A stretch of 64,000 bases of DNA from Nitrospinaceae bacterium (GCA_965237905.1 OZ250172.1:2880001-2944000), one strand, 5' to 3'; counted from the stretch's first letter, positions 18,820 to 29,400 are shown. Numbers and translations are program-made. The notes: generated from the letters alone by a model not told the origin.

Positions 18820-19545
18820 GATGCCCTCCCTTCTGGTTCCGTTAGGGGGAATGGGGAAATCTGATTCATAGTTACCAAAGCGACTGCCTGAACTTGAGAA
18901 ACCAGCTTAACGAGCCAGGGTTGTCCAGCCTGAGTTGGAAGCAGTATAGAGGGGCCGAATTAACGGAAAATTAAATGGAAATTAAAAAATTTTAATCATT
19001 TGCTGACAATTTTCTGGAACCACAAACCATAAATATCGTATTATTTGAGAAAAAAGGAAGGGGGTCGTCTGACTCAGAGGGGTTCAAATAGCCTGAAGGC
19101 ACCCTTGGGCAGGGGTTTTTTGGGGTATAAGGGACATTTTTTAAAAACTCAACGGGCGTTTTTGAATCTAATTTGTTTAAGATAGGGAGATCTCGTGGAT
19201 AGAATATCTAAGAAGGACCAGCCAAATAGCTTATCTCACAAGGATGCCCTGGCCCAACCCTTGAAATTAAAGGAATCTCTCAAGATTCGCGATGGTTTGG
19301 GGGCGCATGATCCGCGTCCGGCTCAATGGCCCCAGTTTGAGGCTGTCCGGTTAACGATCCCTGATTTGGGTTACTTTTGGTTCAGCAATAACTAGATCAA
19401 TTGTGAAAGTATTTCCTGCCGCTTAAATCACAACCTGTTTTAAATCCATAACCATCTAGAATATAAAGGATTATAAAGAACCCATTTATTGGCTATAGTT
19501 TTCGCTTTATTTTCGCTATAATGGATCTTTTTAAAGGAGGGTTCA

Positions 19546-19728
19546 ATGGTCACGCATTCAGTTGATAGTATCAAAGAAGAAATCTATCCGGAGGTGGAGC
19601 TTCTGAATCAGGCTTGTCTGGATTTGGTGGCTCAAATTGAGCAACTTAAAAAAGAGAATGCCCGGTTGAAAGAAAAGGCAAAAGAGGAAGCTGGGTCAGG
19701 CAAGAGGTTAGGATCGAGGGAACTCTAG
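19546..19728 (+). CDS. Small coiled-coil protein
   Basis: AAGGAGG RBS; heptad pattern LVAQIEQLKKENARLK. Confidence 0.6.
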   Translation: MVTHSVDSIKEEIYPEVELLNQACLDLVAQIEQLKKENARLKEKAKEEAGSGKRLGSREL

Positions 19729-19739
19729 GTGAGTCCCTT

Positions 19740-22700
19740 TTAAGAGCCCCCATTTTGGTTCAAGGGCTGTTTGAGAGGGAGAGTGACGGTGAAGGTGGTG
19801 CCTTCACCCGGCGTGCTGTGGACGTCAATTTCCCCTTTATGGTTTTTAACGATGCCTAGTGATGCCAGCAAGCCCAGTCCGGGCCTATGGATGGCAGATT
19901 TAGTGGTGAAAAAGGGATCAAAAATTCGATCCATATCGGCCTCTGTAATCCCGCATCCGGTATCTTGAATATGGATTTTTACGTTTGACCCTTCCTGCTC
20001 GGTGGAAATAATTATTTTGCCTTCGTCCTCGCTTAAAGACTCCTCGGCATTTTTGACAATATTATCGATTGCCTGGCGAATTTGCGGGGTGACACCGTCA
20101 ACGGCAGGCAGACCCTTCGCGTAATTTCTTTCCAGGGTGATCGTGTGATCCTTGGCGATATCCTTATTATTCTGGATGACCTCGTCGAGAATCTGATGGA
20201 CGTCCAATGATTCCAGGTTTTCCTTAGTCGGAGGCTGAAAACCTTTCAGTCTGCTGATCAGGTCTGCGACTCTCCGGCACTCGTTCACGGCAACGGTAAT
20301 CAGTCCTTTGTGAATATCCGCCATTTCGGCCTGTTTCTTGACCTGTTTCAGAATATTTTCAATCCCCTGAATGGGATTGTTGACCAGGTCAACTACGGAA
20401 GAGGTGATATGGTCCACCATATTTAATTTTTCCTCGCGAAGAGCCATCTTTTGTCCCTCGCTCTGTTTTAAAACATCCTTGAACTGGTATTGTTTCTCAT
20501 TCAGGGTTTTTTCAAATTGCTCCTGACTTTCCTTTTCTTTTTCCTCAAGCAGGACCGCCTTGTCCACAATTGAATTCAATAAATATTCGCTTTCACGTGA
20601 TTTGTTTTGGGCGTTTCGCAAATCGGTAATATCCTGGCCTACGGCTAAAAATCCCCGAACCGTTTCATCTTCTGGGTCGATTTCCTTGGCGAGGCTCCAT
20701 AAAAAAGAATGCTTGATCTCGTCACTCAGCATGGTTTGTGTTTCCAAATCCGCGGAGTCCTGGGTATTCATGCGTTTCTGAATATCCGAGGACACTGCTT
20801 GCCAGTTTTCTTGGGGTAAAATTGTCTCAAAGAAATGTTTTTCCAGAGTGTCTTCCCGGTTCCATTGGAAAGTGGATTCGGCTTTTTCACTCATATCGAA
20901 AATAAGGTAGTCCGGAGAAAGAGTGACCAGGATTAACCCAGAATTGCCCAGCAAAGTGGCGAACTGCTTTTTGATGGATTTGATTTCATCCTCATTTTTC
21001 ACATCAGAAAGGTTGGTCAAATAACCCAGAGTGGTGACGATACCATTTCTGTTCTTGAAAGACGCCATGCTTATTAGAGCTTTAAACACTTCTCCATCGG
21101 ATTTCCTGATTGGGATTTCGAGCCGATGCTTGAAATTCTTCTTGAGGGGAGCCAGAAATTCATTTTCAAAATCGAAGGAGTCCCTTTCGGCAAATATGAA
21201 TGAAATGGATTGATTCAGTGCCAGTTCAGAAATATGTCCTGTGAGAGATTCGGCTGTTTGGTTCCACGACAATATGGTTCCATCTTGATCCAAGGTAAAT
21301 AATGGAAGGTCCATTTGCTCGTAGTGAACGGCTTTTTCTTTGGATTCTTCGATGAGGTAACTCTTTTCCTTGATATCCGACATTAATTGCTCGTTGGCAA
21401 TTCCCAAGCTTTCTAATTCCTGTTGGGTATCCTCGAGTTGGATGCTGTGAGTAAAAAATTCTTCCTGGACTTTTCTGAGCTCTTCCAATTCTGCCAGCAT
21501 GACTTGATTTGCCGTTTCCAGAACTTCTATATCTTTCTTATGTTTGGTGATGGACTCCTGAACTTCATTTAAATTCTTCTGCAGTTGAGTTTTAGCGGAT
21601 TTTTCCTCTTCAAAGCTTTTTCGAAAAGATTTGATCTCGTCATCCTTCTTGGAGATTTCGGTTTTGAACTTTTCGCTTTCTGCAGTCGTTAATTCCCCGG
21701 TCCTGGATTTAAGTTGGGAACGCAGGGTAGTCAGTTCGGTTTCTTTTTTCTGAAGCGCATTACGCATTTCTTCGAGTTCTTTTGCCTGCGCAGGTGTTGG
21801 AGAGCCTGGCTGGCCGCCAAGTAAAGGTTTCTTTTGATTAGCTTTCGTGTCGGGTTTGTCTTTGCTTCCTCCGCCTGCCTTTGCCAGGAGTTTTTCCAAT
21901 TCAAGGGACTTTTCTTTCAATTCAGACGTCAATTGGGATTGAGTCCGTTCCATACTCTTGATCTTCTGCTGGAACTCCCTTTCAAAGGACTCCCTTACTT
22001 TTACCAATTCCTTATCAATGGAAGGTTTAGTTTCTTGTGCAGGAACTTTGGAAACTTTAGGTTTCTCCGAGGTTTTTTCGAGAGAGGGTTGGGGGAGGTC
22101 TGTTTCAGGCTGGATTCCCGTGATCTTCTCTAAAGAGTGGGCGATTTCCGCTCCAAACTGAGGTTCTAATGAAGAGGGTGGATTTGTTATCGATGATATC
22201 AAGCGGGCCATAACTTTGATAATGCTGATCTCGTCATTGTCCCATTTTTTTTCTTTTTGATTCGATTCGAATCCAATGTAACCCACAGCAGAATCATTGT
22301 GGATGATAGGTACGTTGATCAGCGATTTGACTCCCTGAGAAAGGTACATCTCTTTTTCAGAGGAAGCGTCCTTAGGCATCGCGTCTATTTTAGGGACGTG
22401 TATGATCTCTTTTTTTTGAATATTTTTTTTGAACCATGGAAAATTGTCCAGGGAGATTTCTTCCTCACGGTCAGGTTCCAGCATCGGTTCACCGGAAACC
22501 CACAGATGAGTGTTGATCATGTGCGACCTGGACGGGGTGAATTTAAATATATAGCCGTGCTCGATATTTGAAAGTTCGCCAAATAATTCCAGTGCTTTTT
22601 GAATTCGGTTTTTAATGTCTTCCGGATTTTTTATTTGCTCTGGTGATAAACCCATTAGAGTGTTTTCCAGCTCAAACCAGAATTTAAACCGTGACCTGGC

Positions 22701-23444
22701 GTTTGCGCTTTTGATCGCTTCGCTATGATATTTCTTTTTGTTGAAGCTTAATGCGGCGGTCAGCTTTTTGATATAGGGCCCATACTTCCCTTTAAATTGT
22801 GAAAGTTCCCCTCTTAAGCGAATGGGTTCTGAAATATCCTGCCCCGAATTGATGGACCCATATATTTTGCCATTTTCATCCCGCAGCGGTGAACATTGCC
22901 AGTCGATCATTTTTTCGGTACCGTCTTTTGCGTTTACGGCGGCGGTAAAGCGGATAAAGTTTTGATTTTTGTCTTTAACGAATTGCTGGTATTGGTTTTT
23001 CAGTCCCTCGCGGCTTTTTTCCTCAATCAATAGCGAAATCCAATCCTCCCCTAACATTTCGTCTTCCTTGAAGCCTAAAAGGTAAGAAGCCTTTTTATTG
23101 ATTTGCATGATTTTGTTGGAATTATTGATAATCAGGATGATTGAGTTGTCTACTGAGAAAAAGACTTTAGAGAGGGCCTGCTCGCCGTGCAATGCGGTTT
23201 TCAACGATTTTATTTCATCCAAAATGTTCTTCATGCTTTTTAAAGGAAGAATCAAGGATAAACACACAATGGAGAGACACGACACGATAAGAGTCCACCG
23301 ATCCAGGGAGTTTTTGTGGACTTCAATTTCAAGGTAGTTGACGAATAGCAGTTCTTCCAGCCAGAACTCCCATAGGATTAAAAACCCGAGAGTGAGAAAT
23401 AATGTAAGGGCCACCAAGGATCCGGGATTATTTTTTGATTTCAT
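19740..23444 (-). CDS. Large TM-PAS-GAF-coiled-coil-PAS-PAS histidine-kinase-like protein lacking the phospho-His
   Basis: HATPase boxes NAEES, DTGCGI, PFFTTK, GLGL; H-box reads VVDLVNNPI. Confidence 0.85.
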   Translation of the reverse strand: MKSKNNPGSLVALTLFLTLGFLILWEFWLEELLFVNYLEIEVHKNSLDRWTLIVSCLSIVCLSLILPLKSMKNILDEIKSLKTALHGEQALSKVFFSVDNSIILIINNSNKIMQINKKASYLLGFKEDEMLGEDWISLLIEEKSREGLKNQYQQFVKDKNQNFIRFTAAVNAKDGTEKMIDWQCSPLRDENGKIYGSINSGQDISEPIRLRGELSQFKGKYGPYIKKLTAALSFNKKKYHSEAIKSANARSRFKFWFELENTLMGLSPEQIKNPEDIKNRIQKALELFGELSNIEHGYIFKFTPSRSHMINTHLWVSGEPMLEPDREEEISLDNFPWFKKNIQKKEIIHVPKIDAMPKDASSEKEMYLSQGVKSLINVPIIHNDSAVGYIGFESNQKEKKWDNDEISIIKVMARLISSITNPPSSLEPQFGAEIAHSLEKITGIQPETDLPQPSLEKTSEKPKVSKVPAQETKPSIDKELVKVRESFEREFQQKIKSMERTQSQLTSELKEKSLELEKLLAKAGGGSKDKPDTKANQKKPLLGGQPGSPTPAQAKELEEMRNALQKKETELTTLRSQLKSRTGELTTAESEKFKTEISKKDDEIKSFRKSFEEEKSAKTQLQKNLNEVQESITKHKKDIEVLETANQVMLAELEELRKVQEEFFTHSIQLEDTQQELESLGIANEQLMSDIKEKSYLIEESKEKAVHYEQMDLPLFTLDQDGTILSWNQTAESLTGHISELALNQSISFIFAERDSFDFENEFLAPLKKNFKHRLEIPIRKSDGEVFKALISMASFKNRNGIVTTLGYLTNLSDVKNEDEIKSIKKQFATLLGNSGLILVTLSPDYLIFDMSEKAESTFQWNREDTLEKHFFETILPQENWQAVSSDIQKRMNTQDSADLETQTMLSDEIKHSFLWSLAKEIDPEDETVRGFLAVGQDITDLRNAQNKSRESEYLLNSIVDKAVLLEEKEKESQEQFEKTLNEKQYQFKDVLKQSEGQKMALREEKLNMVDHITSSVVDLVNNPIQGIENILKQVKKQAEMADIHKGLITVAVNECRRVADLISRLKGFQPPTKENLESLDVHQILDEVIQNNKDIAKDHTITLERNYAKGLPAVDGVTPQIRQAIDNIVKNAEESLSEDEGKIIISTEQEGSNVKIHIQDTGCGITEADMDRIFDPFFTTKSAIHRPGLGLLASLGIVKNHKGEIDVHSTPGEGTTFTVTLPLKQPLNQNGGS

Positions 23445-23985
23445 TTGCGTGACCCTTTTGAGGAAGGAGTGTTTTGACCGTAGTTTTGTTGCGGGATAAA
23501 ATACATCATATGCCTTTTACGTCAGAGGGCGGCTAAACGCCTGAGCATTTTTAAGTTGAATTGGCGGCCCATTTGCGGGGATATTTGTAGTCACCCCAAG
23601 GAGAGGATTTTTCCTCGAAAAGCCATTTTATTCGACAGACAAACAGGAGCGCCAATAGAGTTTAATTGTGTTTCGATGTAAAAAGTATAACCAGTAACAC
23701 CTTGAAAAGCAACCGATTAGGACCGGCTTTTGGATAGCGCAGGCTGGACCCGAATGCAATGTAAATGTATTGCGGTACAATTGACTTTCTGGCGGGCGGA
23801 GAAAGCGGAAGCATTTCGGTAGCCATGAAAATGCAAAGCTTGAGTGACAGCCCAGAAGTGTGGCTCGATTTCCAAATCCTGAAAATACAGGGTTAAAACC
23901 TTAGTTTTAATTGGCCTTGTATTTCGAAAAGACAGGCTTTAATCTAATTTTATAACTCATTGTAAATGTATTCCTAATCGCGGTC

Positions 23986-26925
23986 ATGTCCTTGTTTAAA
24001 AAACCAAAAGAAGAAACTTCCAGCAAAGGAGTCTCCAACGACGCAGGTGTTCGTGGAGCTTCGTTTTCTCCCCATAAATCAGTGACTCAAAGCGCAAGTG
24101 AACTGAGAAACAAAGGTGGTGGAAGAAGAGTATCAGACCGTCTCAAGCCTCTTTTAGCTAAAGTGGTTTCTGTCGTCTCCTCCGACAGTATCAATGAAGC
24201 TTTTTTCAATCTGACGGATGATATGAAAGAGTTCTTCGAATGCGAAGCACTTGTCATCTATTCTGTTAATCCGGATAAAACCCAACTGTTTTCCATAAAT
24301 TATATTTCCGATGACATTGTGGAAAAACGTATTAATATTTCCAAAACCAGTCTGCCAGGATATGTATTTGAAGTAGGAACTTCGCTCAATATTAGTGATG
24401 TCTATAGCAAAAAGGAATTAGCGCAATATCCCGGTTTGGCGCACGACTCCTTTTGGGATAAAAAAGTTGGAATTAAATCCTGTTCAGTTCTTGCGGTTCC
24501 TATTTTTCATAAATCCAAAACCATTGGTGTGCTTGAAATTATCAATAACTTGGATTCAGCTCCGTTTTCTGAGCAAGTGCTGAAGCTGGCTGAAAATCTG
24601 TCAGAATCCCTGGGCAGTGCCCTTGAGAAGCTGGCGCACGAAGAGGATAAAGAAAAGCTTCAAGCGATTGGATTGGCAATTCAGGAAGCCACTGTAATGG
24701 AGGATATCTTATTTGATACCACTAAGCCGATGCTTGACTTATTCGATGCTGATGTTGTGAATATTTTTGCGTTGGATAAAAAACGAAACGAAATTTATTC
24801 GAAAACGAAAACTCCCAAAGGGACTTTGGTGTGGAGAGTTCCTATTGGCCCCTCTAGTGTCGTTGGGTGGGTTGCGTTGGAAAGGAGAATGGTCAATATT
24901 GACGATGTGCATTCATCCGAATCGCTGGCCAAGTACCATCCGGATCTCGCGTATGATAAAACCTGGGATAAGGAGATGGGCATAGAAATAAAGTCAATGT
25001 TATGTTGCCCCATGATTCATGAGAATAAACTCATGGGTATCCTGCAAGTCATCAATACCCGGGTGGCCGAACCGTTCCATTCAAATCATGAAAAAAATAT
25101 CATTGCTGTCGCTCAGATGCTGGCAATTGCTTTTCACAACAATTCCAAATTTGCTCAGGCCAAACCCCATAGATTCAGTTATCTGATTAACCATGGGATC
25201 CTGTCTCCTAAAGAGCTGGAGTCTTGCATGCTCAAGGCCAGAAATGCAAAGGCAGACTTGGAGTCGGTGCTTTTAGAGGAGCAGGAGATCAAGCGCTCAG
25301 ACCTGGGTAAATCCCTGGAAAGTTATTATGGGGTTCCCTATTTCGGATATAGCGATTCGACGCTCCTTCCGAGAAGTTACTTCGATGGCCTGAATAAAAA
25401 TCACTTGATTAAAAACCACTGGGTTCCCATTCATAACGATGATGGCCTGGTCATTGTTTTGCTCGACGATCCCTCCGATATGGATAAGGTTCGAAGCATC
25501 AAGATGACATTCCCTAAAAGGGAAATCCAGTTTAAGGTTGGCTTGAGAGCCGATATCTCCGATTATCTGCTTGGAACGCCTGCGGAAGATGACCTTGGGA
25601 GAGGCGAGCACCCTAAAGAAACGGAAAACGTATCCGCGCTCCTGGAATCTTTGATCAGTGAAACCGAAGCGGTCGGCGCTGAAAGGGCTGAAGAAGAGGA
25701 AGAAGAAGAAAACGCTCTTTCAGAGACGGACAGCTCTATCGTACGCCTAGTCAACAAAATTATTGTTGATGCCTATGTCAGGGGGATTTCTGATATCCAT
25801 GTCGAACCCGGGATAGGTAAAGAGGACATGTTGGTCCGGTATCGCAAAGAAGGTGAATGCGAGATCGCTCAGAAAATTCCCAATGTGTATAAAAAGGCTT
25901 TCATTTCGCGCATCAAGGTTATGGCAAAACTGGATATTGCAGAAAGGCGCATGCCGCAGGACGGTAAGATCAAAATGAAATACGGTAAAAGAATAATCGA
26001 GCTTCGTATCGCCACCTGCCCCACAGTCGGTGGGAACGAGGATGTGGTCATGCGAATTCTGCCAGCCGGTCAAGCGCTGCCTCTCGAAAAAATGGGTTTT
26101 TCCAAACGAAACGAAAAATTGGTGAAAGCCAGTGTACGTAGGCCGCATGGACTCATCCTGGTTGTGGGCCCGACCGGATCCGGAAAAACGACCACTCTTC
26201 ACTCCGCACTGGGTTATATCAATACTCCCAAAAAGAAAATATGGACGGTCGAAGATCCCGTGGAGATTACCCAGAGGGGACTCCGGCAGGTGCAAATGCA
26301 CAGTAAAATTGGTTTGAATTTTGCTCGTGCCTTGCGCTCGTTTTTGAGAGGCGACCCCGATGTCATCATGGTGGGGAAAATACGTGATGTCGAGACCTGT
26401 TCCATTTGTTTAGAAGCTTCCCTGACCGGGCACCTGATTTTCAGTACCCTGCATACCAATTCGGCTCCTGAAACGGTCATACGGCTGATCGACATGGGAA
26501 TGAGCCCCATCAATTTTGCCGATGCCCTGATCCTGATCGCCGCCCAACGTTTGGTAAAAACTCTGTGTAGACATTGCAAGATAAACTATCATCCTTCACG
26601 GGAGGAATTCGACCTGTTAGTACAGGAATATGGCCCAGCGCAATTTCCGAACCTTGGTGTGGAATACACCGATGACTTCATGTTGAAACGTCCGGTGGGG
26701 TGTCCCAAATGTGATCAAAGTGGTTATTCGGGACGTATGGGTTTGCATGAATTACTCGAAGGGACTCCGGCGATCAGGCGGTTGATCATACAGAGGGCCT
26801 CAATGGAGGAAATTCAGGAACAAGCCATTCAAGACGGCATGAGGACTTTGAAACAGGATGGCATCCAAAAGATCCTTGAAGGAGAATGTGATTATAAACA
26901 GGTTTCAGCAGTGTGCATGGTGTAA
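23986..26925 (+). CDS. GspE/PilB-family secretion ATPase with two N-terminal GAF domains
   Basis: SDIHVEP, RRMPQDG, GPTGSGKTTTL, TVEDPVE, STLHTN, CxxC..CxxC; GAF signatures GVLEIIN and GILQVIN. Confidence 0.92.
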   Translation: MSLFKKPKEETSSKGVSNDAGVRGASFSPHKSVTQSASELRNKGGGRRVSDRLKPLLAKVVSVVSSDSINEAFFNLTDDMKEFFECEALVIYSVNPDKTQLFSINYISDDIVEKRINISKTSLPGYVFEVGTSLNISDVYSKKELAQYPGLAHDSFWDKKVGIKSCSVLAVPIFHKSKTIGVLEIINNLDSAPFSEQVLKLAENLSESLGSALEKLAHEEDKEKLQAIGLAIQEATVMEDILFDTTKPMLDLFDADVVNIFALDKKRNEIYSKTKTPKGTLVWRVPIGPSSVVGWVALERRMVNIDDVHSSESLAKYHPDLAYDKTWDKEMGIEIKSMLCCPMIHENKLMGILQVINTRVAEPFHSNHEKNIIAVAQMLAIAFHNNSKFAQAKPHRFSYLINHGILSPKELESCMLKARNAKADLESVLLEEQEIKRSDLGKSLESYYGVPYFGYSDSTLLPRSYFDGLNKNHLIKNHWVPIHNDDGLVIVLLDDPSDMDKVRSIKMTFPKREIQFKVGLRADISDYLLGTPAEDDLGRGEHPKETENVSALLESLISETEAVGAERAEEEEEEENALSETDSSIVRLVNKIIVDAYVRGISDIHVEPGIGKEDMLVRYRKEGECEIAQKIPNVYKKAFISRIKVMAKLDIAERRMPQDGKIKMKYGKRIIELRIATCPTVGGNEDVVMRILPAGQALPLEKMGFSKRNEKLVKASVRRPHGLILVVGPTGSGKTTTLHSALGYINTPKKKIWTVEDPVEITQRGLRQVQMHSKIGLNFARALRSFLRGDPDVIMVGKIRDVETCSICLEASLTGHLIFSTLHTNSAPETVIRLIDMGMSPINFADALILIAAQRLVKTLCRHCKINYHPSREEFDLLVQEYGPAQFPNLGVEYTDDFMLKRPVGCPKCDQSGYSGRMGLHELLEGTPAIRRLIIQRASMEEIQEQAIQDGMRTLKQDGIQKILEGECDYKQVSAVCMV

Positions 26926-26937
26926 GTTTCTGGCAGA

Positions 26938-28041
26938 TTGTCTTTAAGGCCAGCTTATCTTTTTCATCTCGAATACCGATTAAAAATCAAATTGAATCAG
27001 GCCAAAGAAAAGACAAAGTACAAGATTCTGGTGGTCGATGATGAAAAAAAAGTTCTAATCGTCGCCCGCAAGATTTTGCGATCCGCAGGATATGATGTGG
27101 AAGTTTGCCTCAGCCCCGAAGAAGCGGCCGAAATTGTGGCCAACCGGGGGCCCGTGGCGGTTTTGTTTACAGATGACCGAATGCCAGGCATGCGCGGTAC
27201 CGAATTGTTGGAACATGTGAAGCGGGTTTCCCCATTGACTGTCAGGGTTTTGACCACTGCTTATTACGATCAACAGCTTATTGAGGATATCGTCAACAAG
27301 GGAGAAGCGTTCCGCTTTGTCAAAAAGCCGTTAGACTTCAATAAAGTTCTCAAGATTATTCGAGAATGTGTGGAGCAATATGAGGTCAATCGGAAGTCCC
27401 AGGGACTGCAGGATTCCATTAAAAATCTCACCCAGGATAACCAGGTACTGAAGGGGGAGATGGAGGGTCTGTCCCAAAAAATCAGCAAACTGAAGAAAAA
27501 GATCACGGTGGTTGCTGCCCTGGCCATCCTGATTATTGGCGTTGCGGCGGCTTTTAATTTTTACGGGGAATTCCAACGCCAAGAGATTCTCAAAGAAACC
27601 AGTGTTACTTTGGGGGATTGGATTGTCTACGATAATGATACCGCTTTGGATTCGGTAAACCGTCTGATGTGGATGACTCAGGATTTTCGGATCATTGAGA
27701 GAAGATATCCCGCTTCCTGGGAGGAAGCCCGGGATTGGATTCAATTAATGAATGCCAAACGGTTTGGTGGATATCGTGACTGGAGAGTGCCCACCATCGA
27801 CGAGTACAAGCTGACCTTTGATCCCGGTCGGACACGGTTGGCCTTCGATCAAAATAAGGATTATCCCGTCGGTTACCCAAAAGCGTTTCAGGAGGGGGGA
27901 GGCTATGGGTTCTGGGCCATTGATGAAGTAGGGGGGGATTCCGCAAAATATTTCTTTTTTGCTGGTGGGTACGATAAGACGGCACCCAAGGATTATAACA
28001 GTCCGACCATGAGTGTCCGTCTGGTTCGAACCGTCAAGTAG
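26938..28041 (+). CDS. Receiver domain-coiled coil-TM-DUF1566 (Lcl-like) fusion protein
   Basis: VVDDE..DDRMPG..VKKP receiver; one TM; D..RLMW..W.EA..GGYRDWRVPT..E..SVRLVR. Confidence 0.8.
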   Translation: MSLRPAYLFHLEYRLKIKLNQAKEKTKYKILVVDDEKKVLIVARKILRSAGYDVEVCLSPEEAAEIVANRGPVAVLFTDDRMPGMRGTELLEHVKRVSPLTVRVLTTAYYDQQLIEDIVNKGEAFRFVKKPLDFNKVLKIIRECVEQYEVNRKSQGLQDSIKNLTQDNQVLKGEMEGLSQKISKLKKKITVVAALAILIIGVAAAFNFYGEFQRQEILKETSVTLGDWIVYDNDTALDSVNRLMWMTQDFRIIERRYPASWEEARDWIQLMNAKRFGGYRDWRVPTIDEYKLTFDPGRTRLAFDQNKDYPVGYPKAFQEGGGYGFWAIDEVGGDSAKYFFFAGGYDKTAPKDYNSPTMSVRLVRTVK

Positions 28042-28819
28042 TCTTTTCTCTGGTTTTCAGGTGTGCTTTGATCAAGGACGCAAGATGGCCGCCTTCCACC
28101 ATTTCCTTAACTTTGCAAGTCGCTTCCGGTGTGAAATCCTTTTTTAGGAAAAGTTTTCCATTCCGCTCTAAAGGCAAAGGCGCCCAATTTCCCTTGAACC
28201 ACTGGTGAATGACTTGTACCGTCAAGTCCAGTCCCAGGATCAGCGATTTTCCCATCAGGCTTTGCTCTGTGTCCCCCTCTTCAATCTCAATGGTTTGCTG
28301 AGCCAATATTTCACCGGTGTCAATGCCGGCATTGATGCTCAAGAGAGTCGCCCCCAGGCAATCCAGCCGCCTATCATAAATCGGCCAGAAATTGCAGGAC
28401 GAGCCCCGGTACTGTCCTGATAGTCCGACGTGCAGGTTTATTATTTGGTTGGGGAAACGGTCCATAATATCCCGGCCGATCAAACTGGATCCAAACAGAA
28501 TGATCATATCCGGTTGCCGGGCTTGCAGGGTTTTTAGAGTATCCGTGGAGTTTAACTGGCCCGTGGCAATGGGGATGACCCGGGGCTGATTTTTTGGTGT
28601 CCATGATTCGGAGTCTGCGAAGGTATTTTTTTCATATTCCTCTCGCCGCCGGAAAAACCATTCCCAGGCTTCCCGGTGTTTGGGAGAATCAGCGGTGAAA
28701 TTTGGATAAGTCACCTCTTCAATGAACACGCATTCAATAGGGAATTCCCGGTTCAGCCGATTGACAAAATATCGGTGATTCAAGCCAGGTCCGGTGATGA
28801 GCGCGATTTTGGATTTCAT
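28034..28819 (-). CDS. Formyltransferase-family protein
   Basis: INLHVGLS..YRG and GIDTGEIL motifs. Confidence 0.8.
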   Translation of the reverse strand: MKSKIALITGPGLNHRYFVNRLNREFPIECVFIEEVTYPNFTADSPKHREAWEWFFRRREEYEKNTFADSESWTPKNQPRVIPIATGQLNSTDTLKTLQARQPDMIILFGSSLIGRDIMDRFPNQIINLHVGLSGQYRGSSCNFWPIYDRRLDCLGATLLSINAGIDTGEILAQQTIEIEEGDTEQSLMGKSLILGLDLTVQVIHQWFKGNWAPLPLERNGKLFLKKDFTPEATCKVKEMVEGGHLASLIKAHLKTREKTT

Positions 28820-28839
28820 AATGAAACCTTTGAGTCGTG

Positions 28840-29385
28840 TTATTCCAACGCACTGACAATAGTACGCGCGAATTCCGTGGCGGCTTCCGGTCCCGACGCG
28901 GTAATGACTTTCCCGTCTTGAACGACCGGGGAGTGGGCGCGTGTCAGGCCGGCTTCCTCTAACTCCGATAGAAACTTTTCGTCCTCCGGCCCTGCCGCTT
29001 CGTAGGATAAAAGAGAAGCCCGGGCCAGAACGGCTACGCCTGATCCAATGGCGCCGACCACCCGCTCCGCACGAAAATGATCCGTCAGGATTTGAGGAAG
29101 AATATCGTCATCCCACAGGGATTTCGGGGCGCCTTTGCCTCCCATGACAATGACAGCATCATATTTCCCGAAAACGCCTTGCTGTTTGTCCCAATCAACC
29201 AGCACACCGTCGGGCGTGAACCGGGTTTTATTCATTCCCACTGCCTCTTGACCTGATTTGGACAGAACAAGAATTCGCGGACCGGCGGCCTTCAACACCT
29301 CAAGCGTATCAAACAACTCCTGCTCCTGAAACTGGCTTTTAGGAATAACGATCAGAATGTTTTTTGATTTGAGGTCCACGATCAA
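28840..29385 (-). CDS. DJ-1/PfpI family protein (nucleophile Cys absent)
   Basis: FQEQE, YDAVIVMGG, GAIGSG, VVQDGKVITASGP. Confidence 0.85.
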   Translation of the reverse strand: MIVDLKSKNILIVIPKSQFQEQELFDTLEVLKAAGPRILVLSKSGQEAVGMNKTRFTPDGVLVDWDKQQGVFGKYDAVIVMGGKGAPKSLWDDDILPQILTDHFRAERVVGAIGSGVAVLARASLLSYEAAGPEDEKFLSELEEAGLTRAHSPVVQDGKVITASGPEAATEFARTIVSALE

Positions 29386-29400
29386 TGGTTGGGGAGGGTT

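Noticed and set aside
18830..19130. Possible ncRNA (6S-like) in the long intergenic region
   Set aside because: Only a partial 3'-like resemblance; I could not find the complementary 5' arm.
19489..19506. Sigma-54-like TTGGC...CGCT upstream of the 19546 ORF
   Set aside because: GG-to-GC spacing is 11 nt rather than the required 10.
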